Positions 13,954 to 27,853 of a stretch of DNA of 64,000 bases are shown here, piece after piece. This stretch comes from Eledone cirrhosa. Lineage: Eukaryota. The translations under genes were made by a program, and so were the position numbers. A model generated the notes under the pieces. That model saw only the letters and a list, made by a program, of their open reading frames with translations. It made no database searches and was not told where the DNA came from. The stretch spans positions 25,420,001 through 25,484,000 of the forward strand of contig OZ024757.1 in assembly GCA_964016885.1 (NCBI GenBank). The letters run 5' to 3'. Within the stretch, counting starts at the first letter, position 1. Each line of letters starts with the position of its first letter.

Positions 13954-15084
13954 CTGTAGTGAAGGGAAAGAAGAACATTTTAAATTAACTTCTTAACTCT
14001 TTAGCATTTACATTACTCTATCATCATCATCACTGTTTTACGTCCATTCTTCCATGTTAGCATGGGTTAGACGAGTTGTCCTGTTGTGGGCAATATTAGC
14101 GTCCGAAACGTTAAGACACTCTTCCTACTCTATCAAGCGTAAAACTAATGATATATTTCTTCATTGTACTGTGCCGTTTGCTTTGTTATTTCTGTTTACC
14201 TTTTGCATCATCATCATCATCATCATCATTTCATTTTACGTCTACTTTTCCCTGCTTGCAAGGGTGGGACGGGAACTGATGGTGGCTTGATTTCTACAGC
14301 TGGATGCCCTTCCTAACACCAACCTCATTTACAGTGAGTGCTGGGTGCTTTTTTGCCGTGGCACCTCCACGACCACTTTGCAGTGGAATGATATGGACAC
14401 CAGTCCCTATCATCACATTTCTACAGGTGAGTAAACTGGAGCAATGTGAAATAAAGTGCCTTGCTCAAGGAAACAACACATCACCCGGTCTGAGAATTGA
14501 ACTCACAACCTTTCGATTGCAAGGCCAATGCTCTAACCACTAAGCCATGTGCCTTCATATATATATACTGTACATCGTCATTATCATCACCATTTAACAT
14601 ACATTTTTCCATGCTAGCATGGGTTAGACAAGTTGCCCTGTTGTGATGAAATAAGTCAGATCAGGTGACCATGTCTTGCTCATACAGAACTGATTTTGGC
14701 TTGGTTTCTACAGCTGGGTGCCCTTCCTAACGCCAGCCTCATTTATAGTGAGTACTGGGTGCTTTTTTTTTTATCATGGCGTCTACACAACCACTTTACA
14801 GTGTGGGCTGGGTGTTTTTTGTTGTGGTGCCTACACAACCACTTTACAGTGTGGGCTGGGTGCTTTTTGTCGTGGCGCCTACACGACCACTTTACAGTGT
14901 GGGCTGGGTGCTTTTTGCCGGGGCGCCTACACGACCACTTTACAGATTCCATAACACCTTGTAGAGTTGTAGAGGCACTGTCATATGAAGTGTCTAGGGC
15001 ACTTTTAAACCTGGTGGAGCCCAACCCTCTCCATGTCTGAACACAGCTGATTTTTTTCTATAGAGTAAGAATCGACCCCAGTAC

Positions 15085-15750
15085 TGGACAGAGTGTACTG
15101 GGTGCAGTGTATTGTGGCAGCAGTATTACCGAGAGTACTGAGTATATTTTATCATGATAGTAGCACTAACACTTTACAGAGTGTACTGGGTGTAATATAT
15201 TGTAGTACCAGCAATACCACTTTACAGAGTGTACTGGGTGTAGTGTATTGTGACACCAGCACTACATTACAGTGTACTAGGTGCATTATATCATAGCACC
15301 AACACAACTTTACAGAGTGTACTGGGTGCAATATATCACGGCACCAGCACCACTTTACAGAGTGTACTGGGTGCGATATATCACGGCACCAGCACTACCA
15401 CTTTACAGAGTGTACTGGGTGTAGTGTATTGTGACACCAGCACATTACAGTGTACTAGGTGCATTATATCATAGCACCACTACAAATTTACAGAGTGTAC
15501 TGGGTGCGATATATCACGGCACCAGCACTACCACTTAACAGAGTGTACTGGGTGCGATATACCACGGCACCAGCACTACCACTTTACAGAGTGTACTGGG
15601 TGCGATATACCACGACACCAGCACGACCACTTAACAGAGTGTACTGGGTGCGATATACCACGGCACCAGCACTACCACTTTACAGAGTGTACTGGGTGCG
15701 ATATACCACGGCACCAGCACTACCACTTTACAGAGTGTACTGGGTGTAGC
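15085..15750. repeat. Minisatellite of about 48 bp (ACCACTTTACAGAGTGTACTGGGTG...)
   Basis: tandem copies related to the SINE-A internal repeat. Confidence 0.9.
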
Positions 15751-15779
15751 TATAACATAGATTAAATGTGAAGACGTAC

Positions 15780-15898
15780 CTGTGTGTTTTTACTTTCACC
15801 ATGTACAGTGGGGTAGTCTTGACACAACCGCTGTACCAAGTTGACAAACCTGGATGTCTGTGATGTTGACAGAGGATCCCAAACGTCAATGGCTATCA
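15780..15898 (-). CDS. PAXBP1: PAXBP1 exon 14 (IAIDVWDPLSTSQT...ESKNTQ)
   Basis: WDPxST motif; phase 1->0. Confidence 0.92.
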
Positions 15899-15954
15899 CT
15901 AGAAACAAAAACAATATCTTGTTACGTAAAGGATTGTTTAGAACAGCAATTCAA

Positions 15955-16170
15955 CACATTCTCTCATTCTCCTTCTTTTTTGATGAGTTGTGGTGCACCT
16001 GGGCACTGTACACAATATTTCATTATTGTTATTGTTATTATATCATGACTCATACACTGTTTATTTTCCTGACATTTGTACATTATTCTATGTACTATAC
16101 ATGCACCTTTGATGAGTTGTAGTGCACCTGAGCACTGTACACAATAATTTCATTATTATTATTATTATTA
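15955..16170 (+). mobile_element. CR1 3' UTR fragment
   Basis: near-identical to 55430-55620. Confidence 0.8.
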
Positions 16171-16385
16171 TATATATTCTTTTTTTCCCAATCTCATATA
16201 TCCATCATATTTTATCTTTAATATGTAGATTTAACACTTCACTGGTCGCAAGTGTTTTTTAAACTTCATATCATGCCTCCCTACTTTATCTGATGAGAAC
16301 GCAAATATCATCCCATGATGATATTTGTTTTTGAGATGCGCATAATAAAATACATGGAACTCTTTTAACCATCTTTTGATCTTAT

Positions 16386-16420
<35 letters not shown>

Positions 16421-16450
16421 AATATATTTAGTCTTCACATTTATTATTAT

Positions 16451-16489
<39 letters not shown>

Positions 16490-16685
16490 TATATATAGTT
16501 GTTATATAGTAAGGTGTATTATTGGTTGTGTCATACGGTCCAATAAGTTTTTGTTAGCAATATTAAGTTCTCCACACTTTGTATATCTCCAATTCCATTT
16601 ATGGGAACAGCTAGATGATGTCAAACGGAGTATTTGTATCAAAATAAAGATCCAAAGGCATGGTATAAATTTCCAATCATTTTAA

Positions 16686-16759
16686 TCACGACACATGTTT
16701 CAATAAGAGATAGATCGATCGTGTAGCCATGATCGATTATCACTGATCTCGTCAGGTGA
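16686..16759 (-). ncRNA. Hammerhead motif with long stem II
   Basis: UCAC-CUGACGA-long imperfect stem II-GAAAC(AUGU)GUC/GUGA. Confidence 0.65.
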
Positions 16760-17305
16760 AAATGAATTGCCTTCAAATCCTTGATATGAGGGAGAAAATT
16801 AACGATGTTCACTCACTAGAGTTTAATCCCTCACTATTTTGATATATATATATATATATATATATAGAAGCGGTTACACAACAGTTAGTTCACCATACCG
16901 AGAACAATTGTTTCACCTTAGCGGATCCTCAGCTTGACTGAGTGCTCTACCACTACGGATATTACCTTCCAGTGTTCTACCACTATATATATATATATAT
17001 ATATATATAAGTAAGTAGAAGGGATATTTAATTTGTTGGAAACCCAACAAATATAAATGTTTATAACTGATTCAGAGCACTAGACAGATTTCTGGATATT
17101 AAATAAATGGAAACTATATTTATAAATATGGTTTTATAAATATAGTTTCCATTTATTTAATATCATTGTATATATCATCATCATCATCATCGTTTAACGT
17201 CCATCTCCTACGCTTGCATGGGTTTGGATATATATATATAGTAGTAATAAATGTGAAGATCCTGTTACGGGTGAAAGCAGCGATTCTTTGCTTAAACTTT
17301 AATCT

Positions 17306-17341
<36 letters not shown>

Positions 17342-17815
17342 ACCACATATTTACACCCTCAGCCTCCTGATTCCTCTCCCCCCACCCCCCTATCCACACA
17401 CGCACAGACACTCCGACCCACAAAAACACCCCCCACACACACCTTCCTGAACATGCAACCCCGTTCTTCCCCCAACCCTCACTTTCACATACACATGCAC
17501 ACCTAACCACACACACCACCTTCAGCCCTCCCCGCTCGGACACCCCGTCTCCCTCTCCCCACTCCACCCGCCACCACCCCTACTCACCCCACACCCTTCC
17601 ACCACCTGTTACCCCCCTTTTAATTTCAGTTTATTTTGATCATGCCTTTATTTTTAAATTTTCTCATTCCTTGTATTTTGATCATGCTTTATTTTTATTT
17701 ATTATATTTTTTGTCTTTATTTGTTAATTTTTCATTCGCACCGTTTCCTTTCGCTATATGTCTCTCCACCACTCCCCTACACACCTTTTGAACTCTGTTC
17801 CCACACACTTCTCAC

Positions 17816-17843
17816 CTGAAGAAGGGCTTATGCCCGAAACGTC
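17816..17843 (+). ncRNA. Hammerhead core lacking an obvious stem I
   Basis: CUGAAGA-A-GGGC(UUAU)GCCC-GAAACGUC. Confidence 0.45.
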
Positions 17844-17931
17844 ATCCCCCACCTACCCCCCACTCTCCTGAGCGTGAATTTAATAAACATTTATTGTACT
17901 GCCTCTCTGTTCTGTCCCTGTTCAATTTTTC

Positions 17932-17970
<39 letters not shown>

Positions 17971-18779
17971 TCAGTTGTCCCCCGGTATTTGAGGGAGTTA
18001 CGTTCCTAAAGCACCGACGAAGAGTGAAAAACTGAATATTGGACGTGGTCCATAAAAATGCTTATAAATGTCAAAATATAATCATTCATCATCATCATTT
18101 TACGTCCGCTTTTCCCTGCTTGCAAGGGTGGGACGGGAACTGATGGTGGCTTGATTTCTACAGCTGGATGCGCTTCCTAACACCAACCTCATTTACAGTG
18201 AGTGCTGGGTGCTTTTTGCCGTGGCACCTCCACGACCATTTTGCAGTGGAATGATAGGGACCCCAGTCCCTATCATCTCATTTCTACAGCTGAGTAAACT
18301 GGAGCAATGTGAAATAAATAAAGTGTCTTGCTCAAGGAAACAGCACATCACCCGGTCTGATTGCAAGGCCAATGCTCTAACCACTAAGCCATGTGCCTCC
18401 ATGTAAAATATAATTTAAAAAAAGGGAGTGTCTTATGCAAAGAGGCGTCCAATAGGCCAGCAAATACGGTTTATTGTTATTAATAATTTAGTGTTAAAAA
18501 AAATATACATTGCCATCAAAAAAGGCATTAAAAAAATTACGGAAAATGTTTATGATTCCGTGAATAGGCTGTGGTTTCCACGGACAATTATTAGTTAGGT
18601 TCTAAGGAAAATCCAGCCACACATGCGTCCACCTTGACCCCTGTCCATTATTTCCATGCAAGGCCTAATGGTTACAATGCTTAGCATAGGATCATAATGT
18701 CGTCAGTTCGATTCCTGGACAGGCAGTGTTGTGCTGTGTTCTTGACCAAAACATTTTATTTCACATTGCTCCGATACAT

Positions 18780-19870
18780 TCAGCTGAGATGAGAGAAACC
18801 AGCAGTAGCTGAGAAGAGAGTTAATCCTGTGATAGACTAACGTCCCATCCAGGGAGAGTCTTAGTTCCAGTACACTCAGCTGAAAATGAGTACCAACAGT
18901 AGCTGAGAAGAGAGTTAATCCTGTGATAGACTAACGTCCCATCCAGGGAGAGTCTTAGTTCCAGTACACTCAGCTGAAAATGAGTACCAACAGTAGCTGG
19001 GAAGAGAGTTAATCCTGTGATAGACTAGCGTCCTATCCAGGGAGAGTCTTAGTTCCAGTACACTCAGCTGAAAATGAGTACCAACAGTAGCTGGGAAGAG
19101 AGTTAATCCTGTGATAGACTAGCGTCCTATCCAGGGAGAGTCTTAGTTCCAGTACACTCAGCTGAAAATGAGTACCAACAGTAGCTGGGAAGAGAATTAA
19201 TCCTGTGATAGACTAGCGTCCTATCCAGGGAGAGTCTTAGTTCCAGTACACTCAGCTGAAAATGAGTACCAACAGTAGCTGGGAAGAGAGTTAATCCTGT
19301 GATAGACTAGCGTCCTATCCAGGAAGAGTCTTAGTTCCAGTACACTCAGCTGAAAATGAGTACCAACAGTAGCTGAGAAACGAGTTAATCCTGTGATAGA
19401 CTAGCGTCCTATCCAGGGAGAGTCTTAGTTCCAGTACACTCAGCTGAAAATGAGTACCAACAGTAGCTGGGAAGAGAGTTAATCCTGTGATAGACTAGCG
19501 TGCTATCCAGGGAGAGTCTTAGTTCCAGTACACTCAGCTGAAAATGAGTACCAACAGTAGCTGGGAAGAGAGTTAATCCTGTGATAGACTAGCGTGCTAT
19601 CCAGGGAGAGTCTTAGTTCCAGTACACTCAGCTGAAAATGAGTACCAACAGTAGCTGGGAAGAGAGTTAATCCTGTGATAGACTAGCGTCCTATCCAGGG
19701 AGAGTCTTAGTTCCAGTACACTCAGCTGAAAATGAGTACCAACAGTAGCTGGGAAGAGAGTTAATCCTGTGATAGACTAGCGTCCTATCTAGGGAGAGTC
19801 TTAGCTCCGGTACGGTACACTCAGCTGTAGCTGGGAAGAGAGTTAATCCTGCAATAGACTGGCGTCCTAT
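18780..19870 (+). repeat. 94-bp tandem array (about 11 copies) inside a SINE
   Basis: period 94 (18875, 18969, 19063, 19157...). Confidence 0.93.
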
Positions 19871-20058
19871 CCGGGGAGAGCCTTGTACTCTCAGTCGCTT
19901 AACACCAAAGAAACCGGGGGATAAGCTACAACAACCTGATGAGCCTTCAGCTTAGAAACATACTGAGTGGTGGCTGAGCAGCCGTAGGAGCTGATGGCAG
20001 CACAGGTTAGAGCGAGCTGATCAATATGTAACACCACTCCTCTCTCTTCTCCTCTTAC

Positions 20059-20203
20059 CTGTTAGCTTAGGTAGAATTACCTTCTCCACAATACTTGGAA
20101 TGAACTTCAGGCTGTCTTCGTCTTGAAGGCTGCTTTCGTCTTGAGAGCTATAAAGGGCACAACACTCATACCAACGACTGTCTTCAAAATCTTTAGCATT
20201 TTC
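20059..20203 (-). CDS. PAXBP1: PAXBP1 exon 13 (ENAKDFEDSRWY...IPSIVEKVILPKLT)
   Basis: conserved motif; GTAAGA donor; phase 0->1. Confidence 0.92.
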
Positions 20204-20544
20204 CTGTAATGAGAGAAGAAGAAAAATAATAATCGTTTCTACTTTAGTAGAGGCACGTGGCCTCGTGGTAAGGGTGTTGCACTTACAATTTTAATGGTTT
20301 GGGACTGTGACAAATGGAGAGATGCTGTGCTGAAGAGGACCAGTCCTACCCTTGCAAGCAGGGAAAAGTGGACGTAAAATGAAGATGATGATGATGATGA
20401 TGATGGTGACGATGATGATGATGATAGATAATACTAGACACAGACCTTGTTAGCAGGGAAAATGGACATCAAATGATGATGATGATGATGATAGATAATA
20501 CTAGACACAATTCTTGCTAACAAGAGGATTGTACATCAAATGAA

Positions 20545-20577
<33 letters not shown>

Positions 20578-20706
20578 ATCTTGATGATGATGATGATAGA
20601 TAATACTAGACACAGTTCTTGCTAACAAGAGGATTGTACATCAAATGAAGATGATGATGATGCTGATACCGATGATGATGAACTCTTCATAAGAAAGTTT
20701 CCTAAC

Positions 20707-20906
20707 CTGGAGTAGATCCCAATCTAGCAACTCAATTCTCACGAAAGGATTAAATAACTTTGGTAAACAAAGTCCAATGTAGGCCTCCTGGTAAGACTCA
20801 GAGTTCTTAGACTTCCATTCCTCAAAGAGCCTCTTGATCTTATACAAATCGCAGAAATCTTCCGCAACATCATCGAACAACCTCTCGGTCAGTTGCAATA
20901 TTTCCG
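20707..20906 (-). CDS. PAXBP1: PAXBP1 exon 12 (GCF C-terminal domain, ...YQEAYIGLCLPKLFNPFVRIELLDW...)
   Basis: within ORF 20641..20934; phase 1->0. Confidence 0.94.
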
Positions 20907-21496
20907 CTGGAGAAGAAAAAAGAAACAAGATCAACCCTTTACCATTTACATTACTCTATATATGCTATTATATTTTCATAGTAAAGGCTTTGCCTCACAT
21001 AATATTTTGAATCTATGAGATTTTGATATTATTTATTTTCAGAACAATACCTTAACATCAGTATGAGCAGCTGGTTACAATCGGTTTGAACAGAAACGGG
21101 TGAAAGAATTCTGGGTTAACCCTTTACATTACTCTATATTTACTATTATATTTTCCTGGGAAAGGCTTTATCTCACATAATATCGAATCTATGAGATTTT
21201 GATATTATTTATTTTCAGAACAATACCTTAACATCAGTATGAGCGGCTGGTTACAACCAGTTTGAACAGAAACGGGTGAGAGAATTCTGGGTTAACCCTT
21301 TAGCATTTACATTACTCTATATTTACTATTATATTTTCCTGAGAAAGGCTTTATCTCACATAATATCGAATCTATGAGATTTTGATATTATTTATTTTGA
21401 GAACAATACCTTAATATCAGTATGAGCGGCTGGTTTCAACAGAAAGTGATGAAAGAAGTCTGGGTTAAATGATGATTATGATGGAGGATAACTGAC

Positions 21497-21609
21497 CTTT
21501 TTCTGAATTAAATTTTGTTATTTCAGACTGGTTTTCTTCATCATCCGATGACAAACCTTCATGATGTCCAGAAAGGTCTTTGCTTTCGCGAGCCCTTCGT
21601 CTACGAGAC
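21497..21609 (-). CDS. PAXBP1: PAXBP1 exon 11 (SRRRRARESKD...HEGLSSDDEE...FNSEK)
   Basis: EGLSSDDE motif; phase 2->1. Confidence 0.92.
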
Positions 21610-22389
21610 CTGAAATAAAGTACAAAAAATATATATTATTTCATAGAACCGGCACTCCGTCCGTTACGACGACGAGTGGCCCAGCATTCCACAGACACGT
21701 ATACTCATAACATAGTTCTCAGGGAGATTCAGCGTGACACAGAATGTAACAAGGCTGGCTTTTTGAATTACAGGTACAACTCACCTGTGTTTAGGATTGC
21801 TTTTTTAGAGTCTGGTTGGGGATGGGATGATGATGGTGTTGATGACAATCATAATATAATAAAGTAAGGAGTGAGCGACTGTGTCCAGAATATATTGTTT
21901 TATCCCGTTAGTAAAATAAGTTGGAATACTTTGAACAAATAGTGAATGAATGTTACATAATTTATGTACTAAATTTCGTAACTCTTGATTAAATATAAAT
22001 AATTTTATTGCTTATTTCAAGATTCACTTCTTTAAAATTTTCCAATGTCAACACTTCTGGTTAGCACCTGTTATATTATAACACTTATTACATTGCTTAA
22101 ATAAACATTCCTATATTTCCATCACTAATTTTCTCCTAATGTAGTTTAAATATAATATCGTCTTTTTTAATGTATCATGGATTACGTTACTGATTGCAGA
22201 AGAGAGTGAAATGCAGTCTTCGTTCAATTTCTGTGTATATTGTCAATTATGATTTTATTTGATGTATCATATCTACATGTATATATACTTGCGTATAATA
22301 TCAATGTACACATTACACATGCTAGCAGAAAACCACCCGAACTAGTGACTATAAAGGAGAGAGAGAGCGAGATGAAAGCAAATTTTTAC

Positions 22390-22459
22390 CTGCGTGCCTC
22401 CCTCTCTGCAACCCGTCTCTGCATGGCTTCAGCAGCATCGAAGACTACTTTCACTTTAC
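22390..22459 (-). CDS. PAXBP1: PAXBP1 exon 10 (KVKVVFDAAEAMQRRVAEREAR)
   Basis: RRxAEREARR motif; phase 1->2. Confidence 0.87.
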
Positions 22460-25228
22460 CTGCAAATGACATAAATAAAGAACTGAATTAAGAAACAGCC
22501 CAGGTGTGAAAGAAAATCGTTTTTACACTAATTAAATAAACCTTTTATATTTTCGGGAACAGAAAAACGACAACTGCAACAAAAAAGAAAAAAATATATC
22601 TATATATAAATTTCTGTGATTCTGTCACTACACAGAGAGAGAGAGAAGTAGTTTGACTACTTCATACTACTCCTCTCTTTTTACGTCTGCTGCCTGCGTG
22701 AATTTATGTGTATGTATAAGAGGAAGGAAGGGGATGGTGATAAAAAAAACTATGCTGTGTGTGAGAGTATGTGTGTTTGTGTAAATGTATGTGTTTGTGT
22801 GAATGAATGTGTGTGAATGTGTATTTTCGTAAGTCTGTCTGTTTGCACGTTTATATTTAGACACTCATACATATAAATGTGTGCATATGCACATACACGC
22901 ACACATATATACACATATGCGTCAGCATATGGAAAAAAAATTCTAGTAAATAAAAGAAAAAAAAAAAAAGAAGTAGAAATCAAATACACAAAAATGAAGT
23001 TTATTGAGAAACGCGATCTCAAGACGCTCGAGCGAAAATAACAATCTTGCTCGAGTGAAAATAACAATCTTTAGCATGCTAGAAATTTTTATGAATTGCC
23101 TCCCTTGACATTGCATTATGTATTAAGGAAAGATTACTCTATCGGTGACATAATGCGCTTATAGCATCCAGAAGGTTAACTACACCATGGACAATGTTTC
23201 GACCAACTAAAACTAAAAAAAAAAAATGTGGCTATGTTATTTATTGAAAAGAAAAGAAAAAAAACCTTTGGAGAATGTAAAGGGCACGTTGATGAAATGA
23301 ACACACAGTGAAAGTAATTATGTAGACCAGGGACTCCTAAATGTTGATGACCCCTTTCATGAAATCTTTGTAAAAATGAGAAGACTAAGAACTGACTGCA
23401 GCACAACACAAGCAAAACAGCCATTATTATAGGCCGGTGGATTGGCAGTATCGGTAGAGGGTTGGACGCCATGCTTTTCAGCACAGTTACGTCCCTTTAT
23501 GGAATGAGTTGAAATCCCGCCGAGGTTGACTTTGCCTTTCATCCTTACGGGGTCGATAAAATAAAGTACCAGTAATACACTGGGATAATCGCTAGCCTTG
23601 TGCCAAAAGTAGAAACAATTATAGAATTAACCCTTTTGTGACCGAAACCAGAACTTGGTATTATGACACAAAGCTGCTTGATTTAACACTTGAGCATTTA
23701 AACTGGCCATATCCGACCAGAATTCTCTCACCTCTTTCTGTTCAAACCGGCTGTAACTGGCCACACATACCAATGTTAAGGTATTGTTCTCAAAATAAAT
23801 CACATCAAAATCTCGTAGATACGATATTATGTGAGATAAAGTGTTTACTGTGATAATACAACAGAAAATATAGAGTAATGTAAATGCTAAAGGGTTAAAG
23901 TGTTTATATTTATCCTAAACCCTTCCATTACACTTCTATGTAACAACGTTTGTTATTTTCTAAACACCAGCTTAATAATGAGAAAATTAGTCATGTTACT
24001 AAATCCCTTGAAATTCTTGATCGTTTTTTAAAATACTTTCAAAATCCTAGGCAGAGTTTTTCATTAGAAATATGGTAACAAAAGGGTTATGTAATGCCCC
24101 GATCATATTAAGAGATGGTGTGTCTTGGTCACTTTAAACTTGGCGGATCCTATCCCCTCTACAGGTTTGAGTACAGCCCAACAGAGAAGTATAGAGAGAG
24201 TGATAGGGAGAGAGTGAGAAAGAGATATAGAGGAAGAAGAAAAAAAATCGACCTCCACAGTACAGGACCAGTTCTTTCTTTTATCGATCTTAAATGGATG
24301 AAAGGCAAAGTTGACTTCAGCAGGATTTGAACTCAGACAACAGGGAGTTGGAACGAATACTGCAAAGTAGATATTCTAACGATGCTGCCAAATCACCGCC
24401 ATTAATGAAAATGTTACAATAGGTGTAATTGTAGTATCATCATCATGGTTTAACGTCCATTTTCCAAGCTAGCATGGGTTAGACGGTATCATAAAGTGGA
24501 ATCCAGCAAACCATTTCAAGCTATTTGCTTTCCTTTAGAAGAACTCCAAACGATTAACTCTTTAATAGTTGTGCAAAATGATTTAACTCTTTAGCATTTA
24601 AACCAGCCATATCTGGCCAGAATTCTCTCACTACTTTCTGTTCAAACTGGCCACTCATGCTGATGTTAAGGTATTGTTCTCAAAATAAATAATATCAATA
24701 TTTTGTAGTTTCGATATTATGTGAGAAAGCTTTTCCCGCAAAAACACAATTGTATATATAGAGTAATGTAAATGCTAAAGGGTAAATGGTTGTGCAAAAT
24801 GATTTAAATAAAAAAATAAAATGAAAAACATATTACAGTGGAAAAAAAGACAAAGTCCTTCCAACAGTGTTTTTTTTGGGGTCTTTTTTTTCCTAGAACC
24901 AACAACATAACCAAACTTTTTGAATTTTAGTTTAGCTTCAATACCCATCCTTCTCCCCACACATTATTTAAAACAAAGCAGAACACTGAAAAACAAAACA
25001 TTATTTTTAATGTACAATAAGCACATCTTTCTCTCATATTCTCTTAACAACCTTCGAAACGGGGCATTTTTACCCGAAATATATCAGAACCAATCAAATA
25101 ATCCCTAAGGGTTAATATTTCATCGTTAAAACATTAACATAACAAAGTGGAATTGTATGAGTAAGATTAGGAGGTGTAGGACGAGAAACTGCTCTCCCAA
25201 TGGGAAATGGGAAGAGGGGGAAGAGGGG

Positions 25229-25275
<47 letters not shown>

Positions 25276-25364
25276 CATTTAACAGAGTGTGAAAGATGTT
25301 AGAGCAGTGAAGGCATGCTGTCACACCTACACTGTTTGCAAGGAGGAGACACAGGAATACCGAC

Positions 25365-25482
25365 TTGAAGTGTAGTCCTGACACTGATCTCTGACATCTT
25401 GCTGTCGACGTAAAGTCAGTTTCTCGGCACGCTGTTTTAGTAAAGAGGCCATGCGGGCTTCCAACTCATGAATAAGGGGCAC
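25365..25482 (-). CDS. PAXBP1: PAXBP1 exon 9 (VPLIHELEARM...RRQQDVRDQCQDYTS)
   Basis: Conserved motif. Donor GTCGGT was chosen because it gives the phase 1 required by exon 10, so this boundary is less certain. Confidence 0.8.
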
Positions 25483-25801
25483 CTGAAAGAAAGAAATGCA
25501 CAAGTGAGGACATCGAACTCTTCAAGATCCCTTACCTAAGAGAATGATCAGAACAAAATGGCTATGAAACACCATTGTTGTATCAGTTTACATATAATCA
25601 CCATCATTATCAATTTTAAGTAGGCTTTTACATGCTGGCATGGGTCGGATGGAACTTTTTAAGGCGATATTTTACAGCCAGATGTCCTTCCTGATGCCAA
25701 CCCATTTAGTTGCCTCTTTCGACATGCAGGGATATAGTGTACCTATTCTAAACTAGATTCACATGTATGTGTATATGTATGTATATGTATATGTGTATAT
25801 A

Positions 25802-25873
<72 letters not shown>

Positions 25874-27006
25874 TAACAGATTAAAGTTTAAGCAAAGAAT
25901 CGCTGCTTTCACCCTTAACGGAATCTTCTGAAACTAAAAATGTCAATCTGTGAACACAGAAGTAAATATTTCAAAAAACGTTGCAACCGAATTATCTGAT
26001 ATATATTTATCCTTATCGAGCCCTCTTTGGATTTTAGTCTTCAAATTTATTATTATTACTATATATATAAATATAATTGTTTCTACTTTTGGCACAAGGC
26101 CAGCAATTATCTCAGTGTATTTATCGTGCCCATAAGGATGAAAGGCAAAGTTAACCTTGGCGGCATTTTATATATATATAAATATAATGTACGAGAAACG
26201 TATATATATATATGAATACATATTTGTGTGTATATATATATATAAATATACACACATATAAATTGGTAGTCATTAGAACATCAGATAGAATGCTTTATGG
26301 TATTCTTTCCAGCTCTCTGAGTTCAAATTTTCCTTTCCTCCTTTTGAAGTCGATAAAAAAAGTACCAGTCTAATACTGGAGTCAATTCTTCCTCTATATC
26401 TCTGGAAGAAACTGACTGTACTCAGGCCTAGAGGGGGATGAATTCTGCTAGGCTTAAAATGCCCAAGAAACGCTGTATGTCAATACGGAGCCCCTACGAT
26501 TATCAGGAGTTACAGGACCATACATACATATAAATATATACATATATATATATATATTGTCCAACCTTTGCTAAAAGTTAAACAATGATGATGATGATGA
26601 GTGGGTACATTAAAAAAACAACAGTTTTGTATATTCAGGTAGTTTAATATGAAAATGGGTAATTAAGAAATAAAATATTTAACCCTTTTTATATTAAACT
26701 ACCCCTGGTTCCTACACAAAGCTGGTTGTTTTAAAATATTTATATTTATCTAAAAACCTCCCCTCATAATTTTATGTAAGAACATTCATTATGTTCCAAA
26801 CACCAGCTTAAAAATGAGAGTTATATTATTAAAATCTTCCAAATTCTCTACTTTCAAAATGATTTTAAAAAAAACAACAAAACATAGGCGGTGCCTTTTA
26901 TTAGAAATATAGTAAAGGAAGGGTTTAAAACAAATTATTTTGTGCTGATCAAACTCTGAATAAGGTATATTATTATTAAATTTCAATGAAAAAAAGATAA
27001 TGTTAT

Positions 27007-27215
27007 ATTGAATACATATAAAAATGAGAAAACTCATCCCTAGAACAGCTGTAAAAACAGCTAAAAGTTCTTAAAGACAGCAAAAATGCCTCAGAGGATT
27101 GTTGACCACTGGTCGCTGGTCTCTGTCCATTTTTGCCCTTTGTTGTCTTTGACAGCATTTAGCTGTTTTAGCAGCTGTTTGTTCTAACGTTTTCTCATTT
27201 TTATATGTATTCAAT
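27007..27215. repeat. Imperfect foldback (MITE-like)
   Basis: ATTGAATACATATAAAAATGAGAAAAC...GTTTTCTCATTTTTATATGTATTCAAT. Confidence 0.78.
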
Positions 27216-27799
27216 CAAATACACTCTCGCTTCGTCTCGATCAGAGACATTGTTTTAATAATGTTTTATATTAAAATGAAACACCTTTGAAGACCCACTT
27301 CTAAACCCCCCCCCCCCCATCCCCATATGTTTAGAACATGTACCAACACGATAAAGCTAAAGAATACATCTTCCCATTATCTGGACAATAATAGACTTGC
27401 TGAATACATTAGAAGTAAACAGACTTATATTTTGTCTCTCACTCTTCTCATATCAAGCATAGAACTAATAATATATTTCTTCATTGTACTGTGTCATTAG
27501 CTTTGTTATTTCTGTTTGCCATTTGAATATATATGTATATGTGAAGGTGTGTCGCTTAGTGGATAGAGAAATGGATTCGCAATCGTGAAGTTGCGTGTTC
27601 AATTCTCGGACCAGGTAATGCGTTATGTCCGTGAGCAAGACACTTTATTTCATGTTGCTCCTTCTGCCAGGAGTTGCAACTGATAGATAGTATTAGCAAT
27701 TGGAAAGACCAATGGAATCATTGATTCCTTGGTCCGATTTGACGAGATCCACCCCACTCGTTAAGCGAATGAGATCTGGATCTTGTCGATCCATCAAAG

Positions 27800-27853
<54 letters not shown>

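Noticed and set aside
18780-19870. CRISPR-like regular array
   Set aside because: Units are fully repeated with no unique spacers; eukaryotic SINE context and no cas genes.
19936-19962. CTGATGA...GAAAC hammerhead-like string
   Set aside because: No convincing stem I or II; lies in a SINE tail.
25361-25364. Alternative donor GTATTC for PAXBP1 exon 9
   Set aside because: Gives phase 2, which is incompatible with exon 10 unless an unseen micro-exon exists.
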